Of a stretch of 64,000 bases of DNA, positions 1 through 7,600 are shown piece by piece. Both the position numbers and the translations under genes were made by a program. Numbering within the stretch: the first letter of the stretch is position 1; each line of letters starts with the position of its first letter. The notes beneath the pieces are model-generated. The model was given only the letters and a program-made list of their open reading frames with translations, ran no database searches and was not told the origin of the DNA. This DNA comes from a virus, in IMG/VR virus record IMGVR_UViG_3300017605_001304, positions 1-64,000 of that record; one strand, given 5' to 3'.

Positions 1-97
1 CTCCTCATCCCCCGAATCGGCACGGCTCGGGAGCACACCGATAGGCGTCTCGCAAGGTCGATGGCACCGGCCTCGCGCGGCGTGCCGGGTCCGTCGA

Positions 98-1132
98 CTA
101 CTTCGCCTCCGCCATGCGCGGCTCGGGGACGACGCTGAAGGCTGCGCCGTCGCGTCGCGGCAACCCGCCCTGCGCCCACTCCGCGTTCGGCAGCAGCGGC
201 CGCGTGCCCGTCTCCAGCTCCACACGAGCGGCGATCATGAGCTTCAGCTTGCGGATCGCTGCCGGCCGGTGCTTGTCGGTGTTGTTGCGGCCGACCAGCC
301 AGTCGACGTAGTGGTCGTTCGCGGAGACCGACATCATCGCCTTCTCGAAGAGCTCGGGACTCAGCCGCGTCGCCCGCTTGGCGTGCCTCCCAGTGCCGCG
401 CTCCTCGTCCGTCGCCAGCACGGACCTCCGGTAGATCCAGAAGCAGAGCGTCAGGTTGAGCCCGTTCCACAGGCGGCTCACCTCCGGATCGTGCCCCCAC
501 GCCGCCGCCAGCACGTTCGCCGCGTCCGCGCACTGGATCGCGTCCGGCAACGTCAGGGCTTCCGCGGTGGCCTGCGCAGCGGAGCTGCTGCGGGTGCCGG
601 CGGACTCGCTCTTGCTCATGTCCCAGCAGCGCAGCAGCAGCGACATGGACAGGAACGCGTTCGACGAGTTGGTGTGCCGCAGGGTCCCGTAACCCACGAA
701 CGGGCAGCGCCTGCGGATCGCCTGCAGCGGCGGAGACTGCGGCTCCAGCCCGCGCATGATGTCGTCGGGCCGGAAGGCCCTGATGGTCGAGTTGGTGCCG
801 ACGTACTCGGCCGACAACTCTTCGAGCGTGTCGAACTGCTTGATGCGCAGGTGCGCGTAGCCTTCCTTCAGCCCCGTGGCCAAGAAGGCTTCGAGCCGGT
901 GCTGCGCGTCGACGAGGTAGATCTCCCCGTTGAACTCACCGAGCACGATCATCCCCGGGATGACGCCGCTGTCCTTCTTGATCTTCTCCACCATCTGCAG
1001 GAACTTCGCATTCACGATCACGTTGCGCTGGATCCCCGGCAGCTTCCAGCTCTTGATCAGCTCCTCCGTGATGACGGCAGGCTCCACCCGCGTACGCGTC
1101 ATCTTGAATACAAGGTCCGATGCCCTCGACAT
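98..1132 (-). CDS. ParB-like N-terminal / DGQHR-type domain protein
   Basis: IYLVDAQHRLEAF resembles the ParB/DGQHR motif; GGAGGAGGAG RBS before ATG 1132 (the ORF track starts at 1183). Confidence 0.65.
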   Translation of the reverse strand: MSRASDLVFKMTRTRVEPAVITEELIKSWKLPGIQRNVIVNAKFLQMVEKIKKDSGVIPGMIVLGEFNGEIYLVDAQHRLEAFLATGLKEGYAHLRIKQFDTLEELSAEYVGTNSTIRAFRPDDIMRGLEPQSPPLQAIRRRCPFVGYGTLRHTNSSNAFLSMSLLLRCWDMSKSESAGTRSSSAAQATAEALTLPDAIQCADAANVLAAAWGHDPEVSRLWNGLNLTLCFWIYRRSVLATDEERGTGRHAKRATRLSPELFEKAMMSVSANDHYVDWLVGRNNTDKHRPAAIRKLKLMIAARVELETGTRPLLPNAEWAQGGLPRRDGAAFSVVPEPRMAEAK

Positions 1133-1241
1133 CTGCTCCTCCTCCGTTTCATCCACCGTAAGGTTCAGTCCGTGCACTCGCACGGAACGTCGTGCGATCC
1201 TACCTAGCTCAATCCGCTCGGTTCACAGGATTTCTCGGCGT

Positions 1242-1330
1242 GACGAACCTGACGAACTTGGCGAACCTGCTTGCACCCAGTTGCGCCTGATTGCACCCGG
1301 TTGCATGGGATTGCACCGGTTCGCACTTCA
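1242..1330. repeat. Intergenic periodic repeats: 3 x 9-bp G[AG]CGAAC[CT]T, then 6 x 10-bp TTGC-initiated units
   Basis: gacgaacct/gacgaactt/ggcgaacct at 1242, 1251, 1260; ttgcacccag/ttgcgcctga/ttgcacccgg/ttgcatggga/ttgcaccggt/tcgcacttca at 1271-1330. Confidence 0.85.
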
Positions 1331-3424
1331 CGGCGTGAGCACCCAGATCGGCGAGCTCCAGGCGACGTGAAAGTCCGCCTGCACGAGGCGGACGTAGTAG
1401 GCGTGGTAGACCCCGTCGTGCAGGGGCAGCGGGTCGGACCAGCCCCAGGAGATGTCGGAGCTGGCGAAGGTCGTGGTCGCGACGACCTGATCGTCGCGGA
1501 CGATGTCGGCCTTGGTGAAGGTCGGCCGGTCGTTGATCCCGATGCCGGCTGCGTGGCCTTCGACCGAGAAGGCCGGTGCCGAGCAGATCTCCTCGTCGCC
1601 CATCTCGGCACCGTTCGCCGTGGTCCAGTCGAGGAAGATGCGAGCACCGGTCGTCCCGTACGTGTGGCGCTTCCGGATCGCGTCCCAGATGCGGGCTCTC
1701 TTGTTGCCGACGGCACGCGAGGCTCGCACGAAGGCGAGGCCGGTCCGCTCGTACTCGACGCCCGCTTCCACGATGTTGCCGCTGTACCCGTGCTGGTCGC
1801 TGCCGGCGATGATGCCGAAGCGATACCCGAGCTTGAGAGCGGCACGCACGGACGCGAGGTTGCTCAGGTCGCGCTGGTTCGCGACGTCGTGATGGAGCGG
1901 GTAGTCGTCTGGGCTGGTCGCTTGCGCGAGCCAGACTTCGGACGAGCCGTGCGCCGAGTAGATCTCGACGACGGGCTGGTAGTTCGCGTCGAGCTCGCTG
2001 CCCCACTCGTACGGGGCGTTGATGGGCGGCTGGCCGTGCAGGTTGAAGTTCCAGAGCGTGTGATGCGGGATCCCGAAGTGCTGGCTGTCCGTCGGGCCCG
2101 TCTTCAGGTAGCTCAGGAAGTTGTCGGTCGTGTTCTGCAGGACCGGACCCGGCGTCTCGTAGCCGAGGTAGGTGTCCTCCGTGATCGCGGCGTCCATCGT
2201 CAGGTTGCGGTACACGACGTGGCGGTGCGAGCCGGGCAGCGTCCACTCGTATCCCGGAAAGCAGACGAACGTGTCCCAGCCGACCTTCGACTGGAAGAGC
2301 GCCGCCTGTAGGTTCGCATGCGCGAAGCCCGACATGTAGTTCTGGCTGTGCTGCACGACGGTGCCGAAGTCCTGGCAGTCGTCGTAGAGATCCCGCCAGC
2401 AGTAGTCGTCGGTGACCGCAGCGTGGCCGCCTTCGGCCGCGTGCCGCTGGAAGTCGCCGCACAAGATCTCCAAGTCGTCGGTCGACGGCAGCACGGAGAT
2501 CGGGTTGCTGAGGCCCTGCACGCCGTAGAGCGTCGCCGTGCCCGGCGGGCCGGCGTACACGTGGAACGTCTGCAGGCCGGGCGTCGAGAGCGTCGCCCAG
2601 AACTCTTGCACGCCGTGGTCGAAGGCCGGCGGCACCTGCGGGTACGTGACCAGCAGGTCCGAGCAGAGGATGCTGACCGGCGAGGAGTAGTCCTCGACCG
2701 GCAGGATCGACGTGCCACCTGGATTGTCCGCGCCCTGCACCGCTCGAACCGTGACGCGGAACGCGACGCCAGCTCGTGCCGTGACCGGACCGTTCACGAT
2801 GAAGCGCTCGGCCACGGCGCCGGTAAAGAGGATCGCAGGCAGGTCCGCCGACGAGAGCGCGTACTGCCCGTTGCCGGCGAAGTCCTCGGCGACGTAGACC
2901 TGCGGAGAGCCCGGGTTCCACGAGAGCGTCATGCCGGCTCCCGAGCCGAGCGTGATCGTGATCACCGTGCCGGTCACGAGCTTCGCGCCGGTCGTGATCT
3001 TGAGCAGCACCTCGTGGCCGTAGTTCGCGCGGTAGATCTTCGTGAGCGTCAGCGGCTGGCCGTTCGACGTCGACGCCGTGCAGTAGTTCGCGCCGTTGGG
3101 ATTCGTGATCTGGAAGCGGCCGAGCGGGAATCTCGCCATCGCTTGTGCAGGCCCGAGCAGCCAGCCCGAGTTCACCGCGTAGGCCGGGTTGCTCGTGTCC
3201 GGCGTCGGGTAGCCGAGCCCGATCATGATCCCGCCGTTCGCCTTGATCGGCGTCGCACCGACCGTGTACTTGACGACGAACGTCTGGTGGCCGACGGCCG
3301 GATCCGCCTCGTAGTCCGGCCACAGGCCGAGCGGCTCTTGGCCGGGCTGGATCGAGACGCGATTCGGAGTCACCGTGACTGTCGGCACCTGCAACAGCAA
3401 GGCACACACGAGTGCTGCGAACAT
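1328..3424 (-). CDS. Secreted PHP-fold metallohydrolase (DUF3604/CehA-McbA-like)
   Basis: Signal-peptide-like N-terminus; motifs GYEWT, HRHVVY, IPHH, VEIYSAHG, GIIAGSDQH, YGTTGARI, C-terminal AWSSPIW; strong RBS. Confidence 0.75.
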   Translation of the reverse strand: MFAALVCALLLQVPTVTVTPNRVSIQPGQEPLGLWPDYEADPAVGHQTFVVKYTVGATPIKANGGIMIGLGYPTPDTSNPAYAVNSGWLLGPAQAMARFPLGRFQITNPNGANYCTASTSNGQPLTLTKIYRANYGHEVLLKITTGAKLVTGTVITITLGSGAGMTLSWNPGSPQVYVAEDFAGNGQYALSSADLPAILFTGAVAERFIVNGPVTARAGVAFRVTVRAVQGADNPGGTSILPVEDYSSPVSILCSDLLVTYPQVPPAFDHGVQEFWATLSTPGLQTFHVYAGPPGTATLYGVQGLSNPISVLPSTDDLEILCGDFQRHAAEGGHAAVTDDYCWRDLYDDCQDFGTVVQHSQNYMSGFAHANLQAALFQSKVGWDTFVCFPGYEWTLPGSHRHVVYRNLTMDAAITEDTYLGYETPGPVLQNTTDNFLSYLKTGPTDSQHFGIPHHTLWNFNLHGQPPINAPYEWGSELDANYQPVVEIYSAHGSSEVWLAQATSPDDYPLHHDVANQRDLSNLASVRAALKLGYRFGIIAGSDQHGYSGNIVEAGVEYERTGLAFVRASRAVGNKRARIWDAIRKRHTYGTTGARIFLDWTTANGAEMGDEEICSAPAFSVEGHAAGIGINDRPTFTKADIVRDDQVVATTTFASSDISWGWSDPLPLHDGVYHAYYVRLVQADFHVAWSSPIWVLTP

Positions 3425-3441
3425 GTCGATCCTCCTCCTAA

Positions 3442-3475
3442 CGGGTTAGATACGCGTTTCGAGGAGGTTCAAGGT
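3442..3475 (-). promoter_or_regulatory. Putative promoter TTGAAC-N18-TAACCC upstream of the hydrolase
   Basis: Minus strand accttgaacctcctcgaaac matches 49258-49277 at 19/20 positions. Confidence 0.5.
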
Positions 3476-3520
3476 AGCGAACCTCTATTTCAGTCGACAG
3501 CGGTAGCTGGGGTGAAAAAC

Positions 3521-3538
3521 GATCTGTATTACAGGATC
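3521..3538. promoter_or_regulatory. Degenerate copy of the GACCTGTA-N-TACAGGTC operator
   Basis: gatctgtattacaggatc contains the core CTGTA-T-TACAG. Confidence 0.55.
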
Positions 3539-3559
3539 TGGCTCCCCGGAGACCGATCT

Positions 3560-3778
3560 CTAAGTGACTGGCGTTCCTGAACTTACGATCGTCATTTTCG
3601 TGTAGCCTCGAACCTCCGGGAAACACGTACTGACGAGGTTCGAGGTGGATGCCCCTCGCAGCCGCATGCCGAGTCGGCTGAGCTCCATCAGGACATCGAG
3701 CTCGATGACGATCTGGTTCTGCAGCTTGACGGGCAGGACCGCAGTCGTCGGCCAGGGCAGCGGGGAGCGAAGGCTCAT
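3560..3778 (-). CDS. Micro-protein, ELSxxGxRL family with NLVSTCFPEVR tail
   Basis: 72 aa; ATGA coupling to the upstream ORF; paralogous to neighbours. Confidence 0.6.
   Translation of the reverse strand: MSLRSPLPWPTTAVLPVKLQNQIVIELDVLMELSRLGMRLRGASTSNLVSTCFPEVRGYTKMTIVSSGTPVT
3606..3645. repeat. Inverted-repeat element CCTCGAACCTC-N18-GAGGTTCGAGG (copy 1)
   Basis: Perfect 11-bp arms at 3606-3616 and 3635-3645; spacer cgggaaacacgtactgac. Confidence 0.85.
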
Positions 3779-3927
3779 AGGACGCCATCCAGCACGGTCG
3801 AAGTGGACACCCGTCGTAACCGAGTGCCTAAGCGGCTGAGCTCCATGAAGACGTCGAAGCGGTCGTTGAGCAACAGGCTCAGCTCGGCAGGGAGCTGCAG
3901 GCGCAGCGCGTAGCGGCAGGTCATCAT
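3775..3927 (-). CDS. Micro-protein, ELSxxGxRL family
   Basis: 50 aa; DVFMELSRLGTRLR is near-identical to the downstream paralog; ATGA overlaps. Confidence 0.6.
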   Translation of the reverse strand: MMTCRYALRLQLPAELSLLLNDRFDVFMELSRLGTRLRRVSTSTVLDGVL

Positions 3928-4064
3928 CTTCCCGCACCCAGCAGGCGGAACAGGACGAGGTCGCACGGCTGCGCCGCTACGCCGGGAGAGAAGCGGCCCC
4001 AGACGCTGGAGATCAGCCGGTTGACGGCGTTGTTGAAGAGCCGCGGCGGCAAGGGAGTCATCAT
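3924..4064 (-). CDS. Micro-protein, RLxxxxWxxFxPG family
   Basis: 46 aa, AVNRLISSVWGRFSPG. Confidence 0.55.
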   Translation of the reverse strand: MMTPLPPRLFNNAVNRLISSVWGRFSPGVAAQPCDLVLFRLLGAGR

Positions 4065-4210
4065 CTTCGCGCTCCCAGCAGCTCGTCGAAGACCACGTGG
4101 ATGGACACGGACGCGAGGCCCGGCCGGAAGGCGTTCCAGATGTCGGCGATCAGCCACCGCGCATCGTCCGACAGAAGGTAGAGCAGGCGCACGTCCAGCT
4201 TGGACTTCAT
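4061..4210 (-). CDS. Micro-protein, WxxFxPG family (not in ORF track)
   Basis: Hand translation MKSKLDVRLLYLLSDDARWLIADIWNAFRPGLASVSIHVVFDELLGARR; ATGA overlaps at both ends. Confidence 0.6.
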   Translation of the reverse strand: MKSKLDVRLLYLLSDDARWLIADIWNAFRPGLASVSIHVVFDELLGARR

Positions 4211-4350
4211 CGGCGGATGTCCAGCATGACAGCAAGGATCACCCCCGAGAACGTCGCCGCTTGACCCGGCGCGAAGAAGACGTTCCAGAGATGCTCGGTC
4301 AGTCGATCTAGGTCGACGGACACGAACCAGTAGTTGCCGTCCACCTTCAT
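4207..4350 (-). CDS. Micro-protein, WxxFxPG family
   Basis: 47 aa, DLDRLTEHLWNVFFAPG. Confidence 0.55.
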   Translation of the reverse strand: MKVDGNYWFVSVDLDRLTEHLWNVFFAPGQAATFSGVILAVMLDIRR

Positions 4351-4541
4351 CGGTCTCGAACCTCCTGGAAACACGTACTGACGATGTTCACGAGGGACGC
4401 GGTGAGTAGCCGCATGCCGCTGTTCGTGAGCAGGCTGAGGGCACGGAGGCCGCGGTACTGATAGACCATCCACTGCAGGCGGTCAGGGAGCTCCTGCGCC
4501 GGTCGCTTCAGCAGGGCGAACTTCGGGTTGGGCTTCATCAC
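4347..4541 (-). CDS. Micro-protein with GMRL and NIVSTCFQEVR tail
   Basis: 64 aa; paralog of 3560-3778. Confidence 0.55.
   Translation of the reverse strand: MMKPNPKFALLKRPAQELPDRLQWMVYQYRGLRALSLLTNSGMRLLTASLVNIVSTCFQEVRDR
4355..4394. repeat. Inverted-repeat element copy 2 (right arm degenerate)
   Basis: ctcgaacctc-ctggaaacacgtactgac-gatgttcacgag. Confidence 0.8.
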
Positions 4542-4705
4542 CGTGCGTCCAGCAGGGCGCGTAGAACTGCGCGTACGGCCTGGGTCTGCTGATTGCCGTG
4601 CGTGAAGAAGTCCCAGTACGTCCCCACCAGCCGGTGGACAAGGACCGAGCCCTTCTTCAGCGGCAGCTCCGCGATGGGCTTACGCGTCGAGCGTTTGTGC
4701 GGCAC
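4538..4705 (-). CDS. Micro-protein, RLxxxxWxxFxxG family (not in ORF track)
   Basis: Hand translation MPHKRSTRKPIAELPLKKGSVLVHRLVGTYWDFFTHGNQQTQAVRAVLRALLDAR. Confidence 0.55.
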   Translation of the reverse strand: MPHKRSTRKPIAELPLKKGSVLVHRLVGTYWDFFTHGNQQTQAVRAVLRALLDAR

Positions 4706-4892
4706 GCCTCGATCTCCCGGCTCGAACCTTCTGGAAACACGAATCGATGAGGTTCGAGAGATTCCCCCGCATGTTGATTTCCCCGAGGTCCAAGCCGTAC
4801 CACGCCCACGTCACGGGGATGGCCCGGAGCTCGGGCGGCAACGGGGTGGACGGTAGCCGCATCACCGCGTGATGCTTGCGCGTGTCGGTCAC
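4680..4892 (-). CDS. Micro-protein with NLIDSCFQKVR tail
   Basis: 70 aa; same C-terminal module as 3560-3778 and 4347-4541. Confidence 0.55.
   Translation of the reverse strand: MTDTRKHHAVMRLPSTPLPPELRAIPVTWAWYGLDLGEINMRGNLSNLIDSCFQKVRAGRSRRAAQTLDA
4721..4758. repeat. Inverted-repeat element copy 3
   Basis: ctcgaacctt-ctggaaacacgaatcgat-gaggttcgag, 18-bp spacer. Confidence 0.8.
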
Positions 4893-5038
4893 GTCTCACC
4901 TCGCAGCGGCTGCAGGGCCGCGTTCCAGAGCTTGGTCCCGATTCCACTCAGCTCGTAGAACGGCCACAGCTCGCCCGGCCACAGCTCGCCGTAGAGGAGC
5001 TCCAGCACCCAGACGGGCGGGGCGGGCCGGGGATTCAC
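4889..5038 (-). CDS. Micro-protein, hybrid LWP + YELSGIGTKL
   Basis: 49 aa; GTGA coupling. Confidence 0.55.
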   Translation of the reverse strand: MNPRPAPPVWVLELLYGELWPGELWPFYELSGIGTKLWNAALQPLRGET

Positions 5039-5169
5039 GGCAGCCCCCGCAGCAGGAAGAGGGTGGGGATCTCGCCGGCCCGCGGCCATCCACCGAAATC
5101 GCGCCAGAGGCTGCAGACCAGCCAGAAGACCTCATCCGGTACACGCGGAATCGGAACGATGGTCCTCAT
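5035..5169 (-). CDS. Micro-protein, WLxxxLWxxF family
   Basis: 44 aa, MRTIVPIPRVPDEVFWLVCSLWRDFGG. Confidence 0.5.
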   Translation of the reverse strand: MRTIVPIPRVPDEVFWLVCSLWRDFGGWPRAGEIPTLFLLRGLP

Positions 5170-5381
5170 GGATCTCGAACCTCTCGGAAACGAGGTTTCT
5201 GCATGGACCCTTCCGGGAACAGCCAACTGTAGAGCTCCCCGGCAGCCGGGATCGAGCGCGTCTCCAAGACGTCGGTGAGAGCCGCCACGCAAGCCGGCCC
5301 GGCGCGACCCGGCCAGAAGTAGAACCAGAGGTCCGACAAGATCCGGTCTAAGACCTCGGTCGTCAAGGGCGGCACGAACAT
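5166..5381 (-). CDS. Micro-protein, WxxFxPG family with FREVR tail
   Basis: 71 aa, VLDRILSDLWFYFWPG; contains a shortened repeat copy ctcgaacctc-tcggaaac-gaggtttc at 5174-5199. Confidence 0.55.
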   Translation of the reverse strand: MFVPPLTTEVLDRILSDLWFYFWPGRAGPACVAALTDVLETRSIPAAGELYSWLFPEGSMQKPRFREVRDP

Positions 5382-5382
5382 G

Positions 5383-5532
5383 TCAGACCCTCTTGCAGGC
5401 CGCGTGGAGCGCTTGCAGCGTAGCGTGGCGTAGCCGAGCCCCGATGCCGCTGAGCTCGTAGCAGGGCCACAGCGCGCCGGTCAGGAGCCGGGCCATCGAC
5501 AGGGGAAGCGCAGCGGGGGGCCGGGCGATCAC
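5383..5532 (-). CDS. Micro-protein, LWP + YELSGIGARL
   Basis: 49 aa from GTG 5532; paralog of 4889-5038. Confidence 0.55.
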   Translation of the reverse strand: MIARPPAALPLSMARLLTGALWPCYELSGIGARLRHATLQALHAACKRV

Positions 5533-5681
5533 GTGAAGCGCACTTCCAGGAGGCGCGACAAGGCGAACGGGAAGTTCCAGCTCACCATCTCGTACGTCAC
5601 CAGATCCACGAAGCCCGGCAGGAGCCGGACCACCAAGTTCACCACCTCGGTCGGTACTTGCGGTTCGTTGGCGAGGTTCAT
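5529..5681 (-). CDS. Micro-protein (not in ORF track)
   Basis: Hand translation MNLANEPQVPTEVVNLVVRLLPGFVDLVTYEMVSWNFPFALSRLLEVRFT; coupled at both ends. Confidence 0.5.
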   Translation of the reverse strand: MNLANEPQVPTEVVNLVVRLLPGFVDLVTYEMVSWNFPFALSRLLEVRFT

Positions 5682-5782
5682 TCCCAAAGCTCCTCCATGA
5701 GCTCAAGGACTTCCAGCGCCGGCACGCTCTGGATGATCGTGTGGTCCACGTGCGGGCCCCTCACCAGTTCTTGAACACTCAT
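5678..5782 (-). CDS. Micro-protein, LxxGP family
   Basis: 34 aa, MSVQELVRGPH. Confidence 0.45.
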   Translation of the reverse strand: MSVQELVRGPHVDHTIIQSVPALEVLELMEELWE

Positions 5783-5946
5783 CGCAACAGCTCCCGCAGG
5801 GCGTTGCTGACCGCCGCGGTCGGGGCCAGCAACTCCAGGATGCGCGACTCCTCCAGCCACACGATGAAGCGGCGCGACTGCTCGGCCGTGTCCGGACCCA
5901 CGGCATCCGGTCCATGCACGAGCCGGAAGACTAGAGGGGCAACCAC
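5779..5946 (-). CDS. Micro-protein, LxxGP family (not in ORF track)
   Basis: Hand translation MVAPLVFRLVHGPDAVGPDTAEQSRRFIVWLEESRILELLAPTAAVSNALRELLR. Confidence 0.45.
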   Translation of the reverse strand: MVAPLVFRLVHGPDAVGPDTAEQSRRFIVWLEESRILELLAPTAAVSNALRELLR

Positions 5947-6101
5947 CAGACCATCCTCTTCAACGCCACGTCGAAGGCGTCGCGCAGGGACATCTCACAG
6001 TCGAGGAGCTCGTCCCAAACGACGTCGCACGGAGGCGATTCTAGCCCCTTGGGGAGGCGCTCCGGTCCGTAGAGCAGCCGGATGCGGGCAACGCGATTCA
6101 C
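5931..6101 (-). CDS. Micro-protein, LxxGP family (not in ORF track)
   Basis: Hand translation MNRVARIRLLYGPERLPKGLESPPCDVVWDELLDCEMSLRDAFDVALKRMVWWLPL. Confidence 0.45.
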   Translation of the reverse strand: MNRVARIRLLYGPERLPKGLESPPCDVVWDELLDCEMSLRDAFDVALKRMVWWLPL

Positions 6102-6247
6102 TTCAAGACCTCCGTCAACGCGAACACGAAGAGGTGATCGTGCTGGACGTCGGTGATGATACGCGACCAGACGAACAGCATCAGCACGCTGAACTCGGGG
6201 CTGACGTACGCGTGGTTCGGACGCGCCGCGATGTACACGGAGTTCAT
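6098..6247 (-). CDS. Micro-protein
   Basis: 49 aa, MNSVYIAARP...ALTEVLK; ATGA coupling. Confidence 0.5.
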   Translation of the reverse strand: MNSVYIAARPNHAYVSPEFSVLMLFVWSRIITDVQHDHLFVFALTEVLK

Positions 6248-6393
6248 GCTTCGAAGAGCTCCTGAAACGCGTACCGGAACGAGAGCGACAGCTCGCCCGG
6301 ACGAAACGCCCACCAGAGCGCCGCGACCAGCCGGTTCACCGCGACCGGAGCTCGCGGGTCCATGTAGCCGCGCATGCTGTGGACCGGGTTCAT
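6244..6393 (-). CDS. Micro-protein, WxxFxPG family
   Basis: 49 aa; AVNRLVAALWWAFRPG matches 3924-4064. Confidence 0.6.
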   Translation of the reverse strand: MNPVHSMRGYMDPRAPVAVNRLVAALWWAFRPGELSLSFRYAFQELFEA

Positions 6394-6560
6394 GCGAGTA
6401 GGTCGCCGTAAGCGTTCCTGTTGCTGAACCATGGCACCTCGCACTCCGACGGGAAGAGGCCGCCCGCGGACGCGCCCGCGTCGAGGTAGACGCCCCACAA
6501 GCGAGCCGAGAACAGGCGCGGCCAGCCGGTGTGCCAATCAGCTCTAACGACGCGCAGCAT
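6390..6560 (-). CDS. Micro-protein, WxxxWPxxFxxxLW family (not in ORF track)
   Basis: Hand translation MLRVVRADWHTGWPRLFSARLWGVYLDAGASAGGLFPSECEVPWFSNRNAYGDLLA. Confidence 0.55.
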   Translation of the reverse strand: MLRVVRADWHTGWPRLFSARLWGVYLDAGASAGGLFPSECEVPWFSNRNAYGDLLA

Positions 6561-6561
6561 G

Positions 6562-6768
6562 CTAGATCCCCGCGAAGAGGTTGAGATTCAGCAGCCAGTA
6601 GCCCGCCGGAACCCCGTTCCGTAGCTCCCTGCGGTGCTCCTCCGAAAGGACGTCGCGGCAGGCGGTGTAGAACTCCCACCACAACCCCTCATCGAAGGGA
6701 CGGGGCCAGCCGTCGTGCCACTTCCGCTGCGCCGTGGCCAGCGGCTCCTCGTTCGAGCGGAGGCTCAT
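6562..6768 (-). CDS. Micro-protein, WxxxWPxxF family
   Basis: WHDGWPRPFDEGLWWEFY. Confidence 0.55.
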   Translation of the reverse strand: MSLRSNEEPLATAQRKWHDGWPRPFDEGLWWEFYTACRDVLSEEHRRELRNGVPAGYWLLNLNLFAGI

Positions 6769-6769
6769 G

Positions 6770-6976
6770 TCACAGGCTCCGGAGGATCGTCTCAACGAGG
6801 CTCCAGGGGAAGTCGAGACGGTGCATCCAACTGCCCTGACGCGGCTGCTTCATGGCGTACCTAAAGTACGGGTCCCACATCTCGTCCAGGAACGGCGCTG
6901 GCCAACTGCTGAACCACGTGATCGGCAGACGCCGGCTGCGCAGGCCGCGCTTATTAGTGGAGTCCGGGAGCAGCAC
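6770..6976 (-). CDS. Micro-protein, WxxxWPxxF family
   Basis: WFSSWPAPFLDEMWDPYF. Confidence 0.55.
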   Translation of the reverse strand: MLLPDSTNKRGLRSRRLPITWFSSWPAPFLDEMWDPYFRYAMKQPRQGSWMHRLDFPWSLVETILRSL

Positions 6977-7226
6977 TCGGCACCTCTTCAGGCAGAGTGT
7001 TCAACCACGCGGCCGCGGTGTCGAGCTCCTCGCGCTCTTCCTTCGCGGCGAGTCGCTTGGTCGCCCACAGCGCCGACATCTCGATCGAGACGAGGCGCTG
7101 CTCTTCCTTGGCGATCAGGTCACGCAGGATCTCTTTAGGACTCTTCATCCGCGAACTCCGCCTGGGGCTTGGGGACGAACGACTCGTCCCGGAACACGTA
7201 GACGCACCTCGGATAGTACCGCTCAT
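6954..7226 (-). CDS. Small coiled-coil hypothetical protein (start 7226 or 7148)
   Basis: Helical, charged ORF in operon. Confidence 0.5.
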   Translation of the reverse strand: MSGTIRGASTCSGTSRSSPSPRRSSRMKSPKEILRDLIAKEEQRLVSIEMSALWATKRLAAKEEREELDTAAAWLNTLPEEVPSAAPGLH

Positions 7227-7582
7227 CGTCCCTTGAGGACCACGTCGTCCGGGTGGGCGTTCGAGAGATCCTTCTGCAGCGGATCGTCGTCGGTCGTGAA
7301 GTGATGCGCGGGCGACGATCCGCTCCGCTTCGGTTCTCCGTAGAAGGCCCCGTCACCGGTGAAGCGCGTCTCGTCACAAGAACGCGTCATCAGCAAGACG
7401 ACCATCGTGAACAGAGAGGCGACCACGCCAGTAACGCCGGCCGCCTGCGCGCTCCCGTCGCTCTGCCGCGCCTTGTAGATGGCACGCAGACTCAGCGGGA
7501 TTCCGATGAAGATACACGCGAGCGCCGCGAACAGCAGCAGCTCGTGCGGCGGGGTCGACATGATCTCGCGAAACGTGCTCAT
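7223..7582 (-). CDS. Two-TM membrane protein
   Basis: Two hydrophobic segments; RBS. Confidence 0.6.
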   Translation of the reverse strand: MSTFREIMSTPPHELLLFAALACIFIGIPLSLRAIYKARQSDGSAQAAGVTGVVASLFTMVVLLMTRSCDETRFTGDGAFYGEPKRSGSSPAHHFTTDDDPLQKDLSNAHPDDVVLKGR

Positions 7583-7600
7583 GCTCCTTCTCCTCCTGAC

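Noticed and set aside
3606-5199. CRISPR array interpretation of the repeats
   Set aside because: Spacing is irregular (hundreds of bp), the intervening DNA is coding, the repeats are degenerate and there are no cas genes
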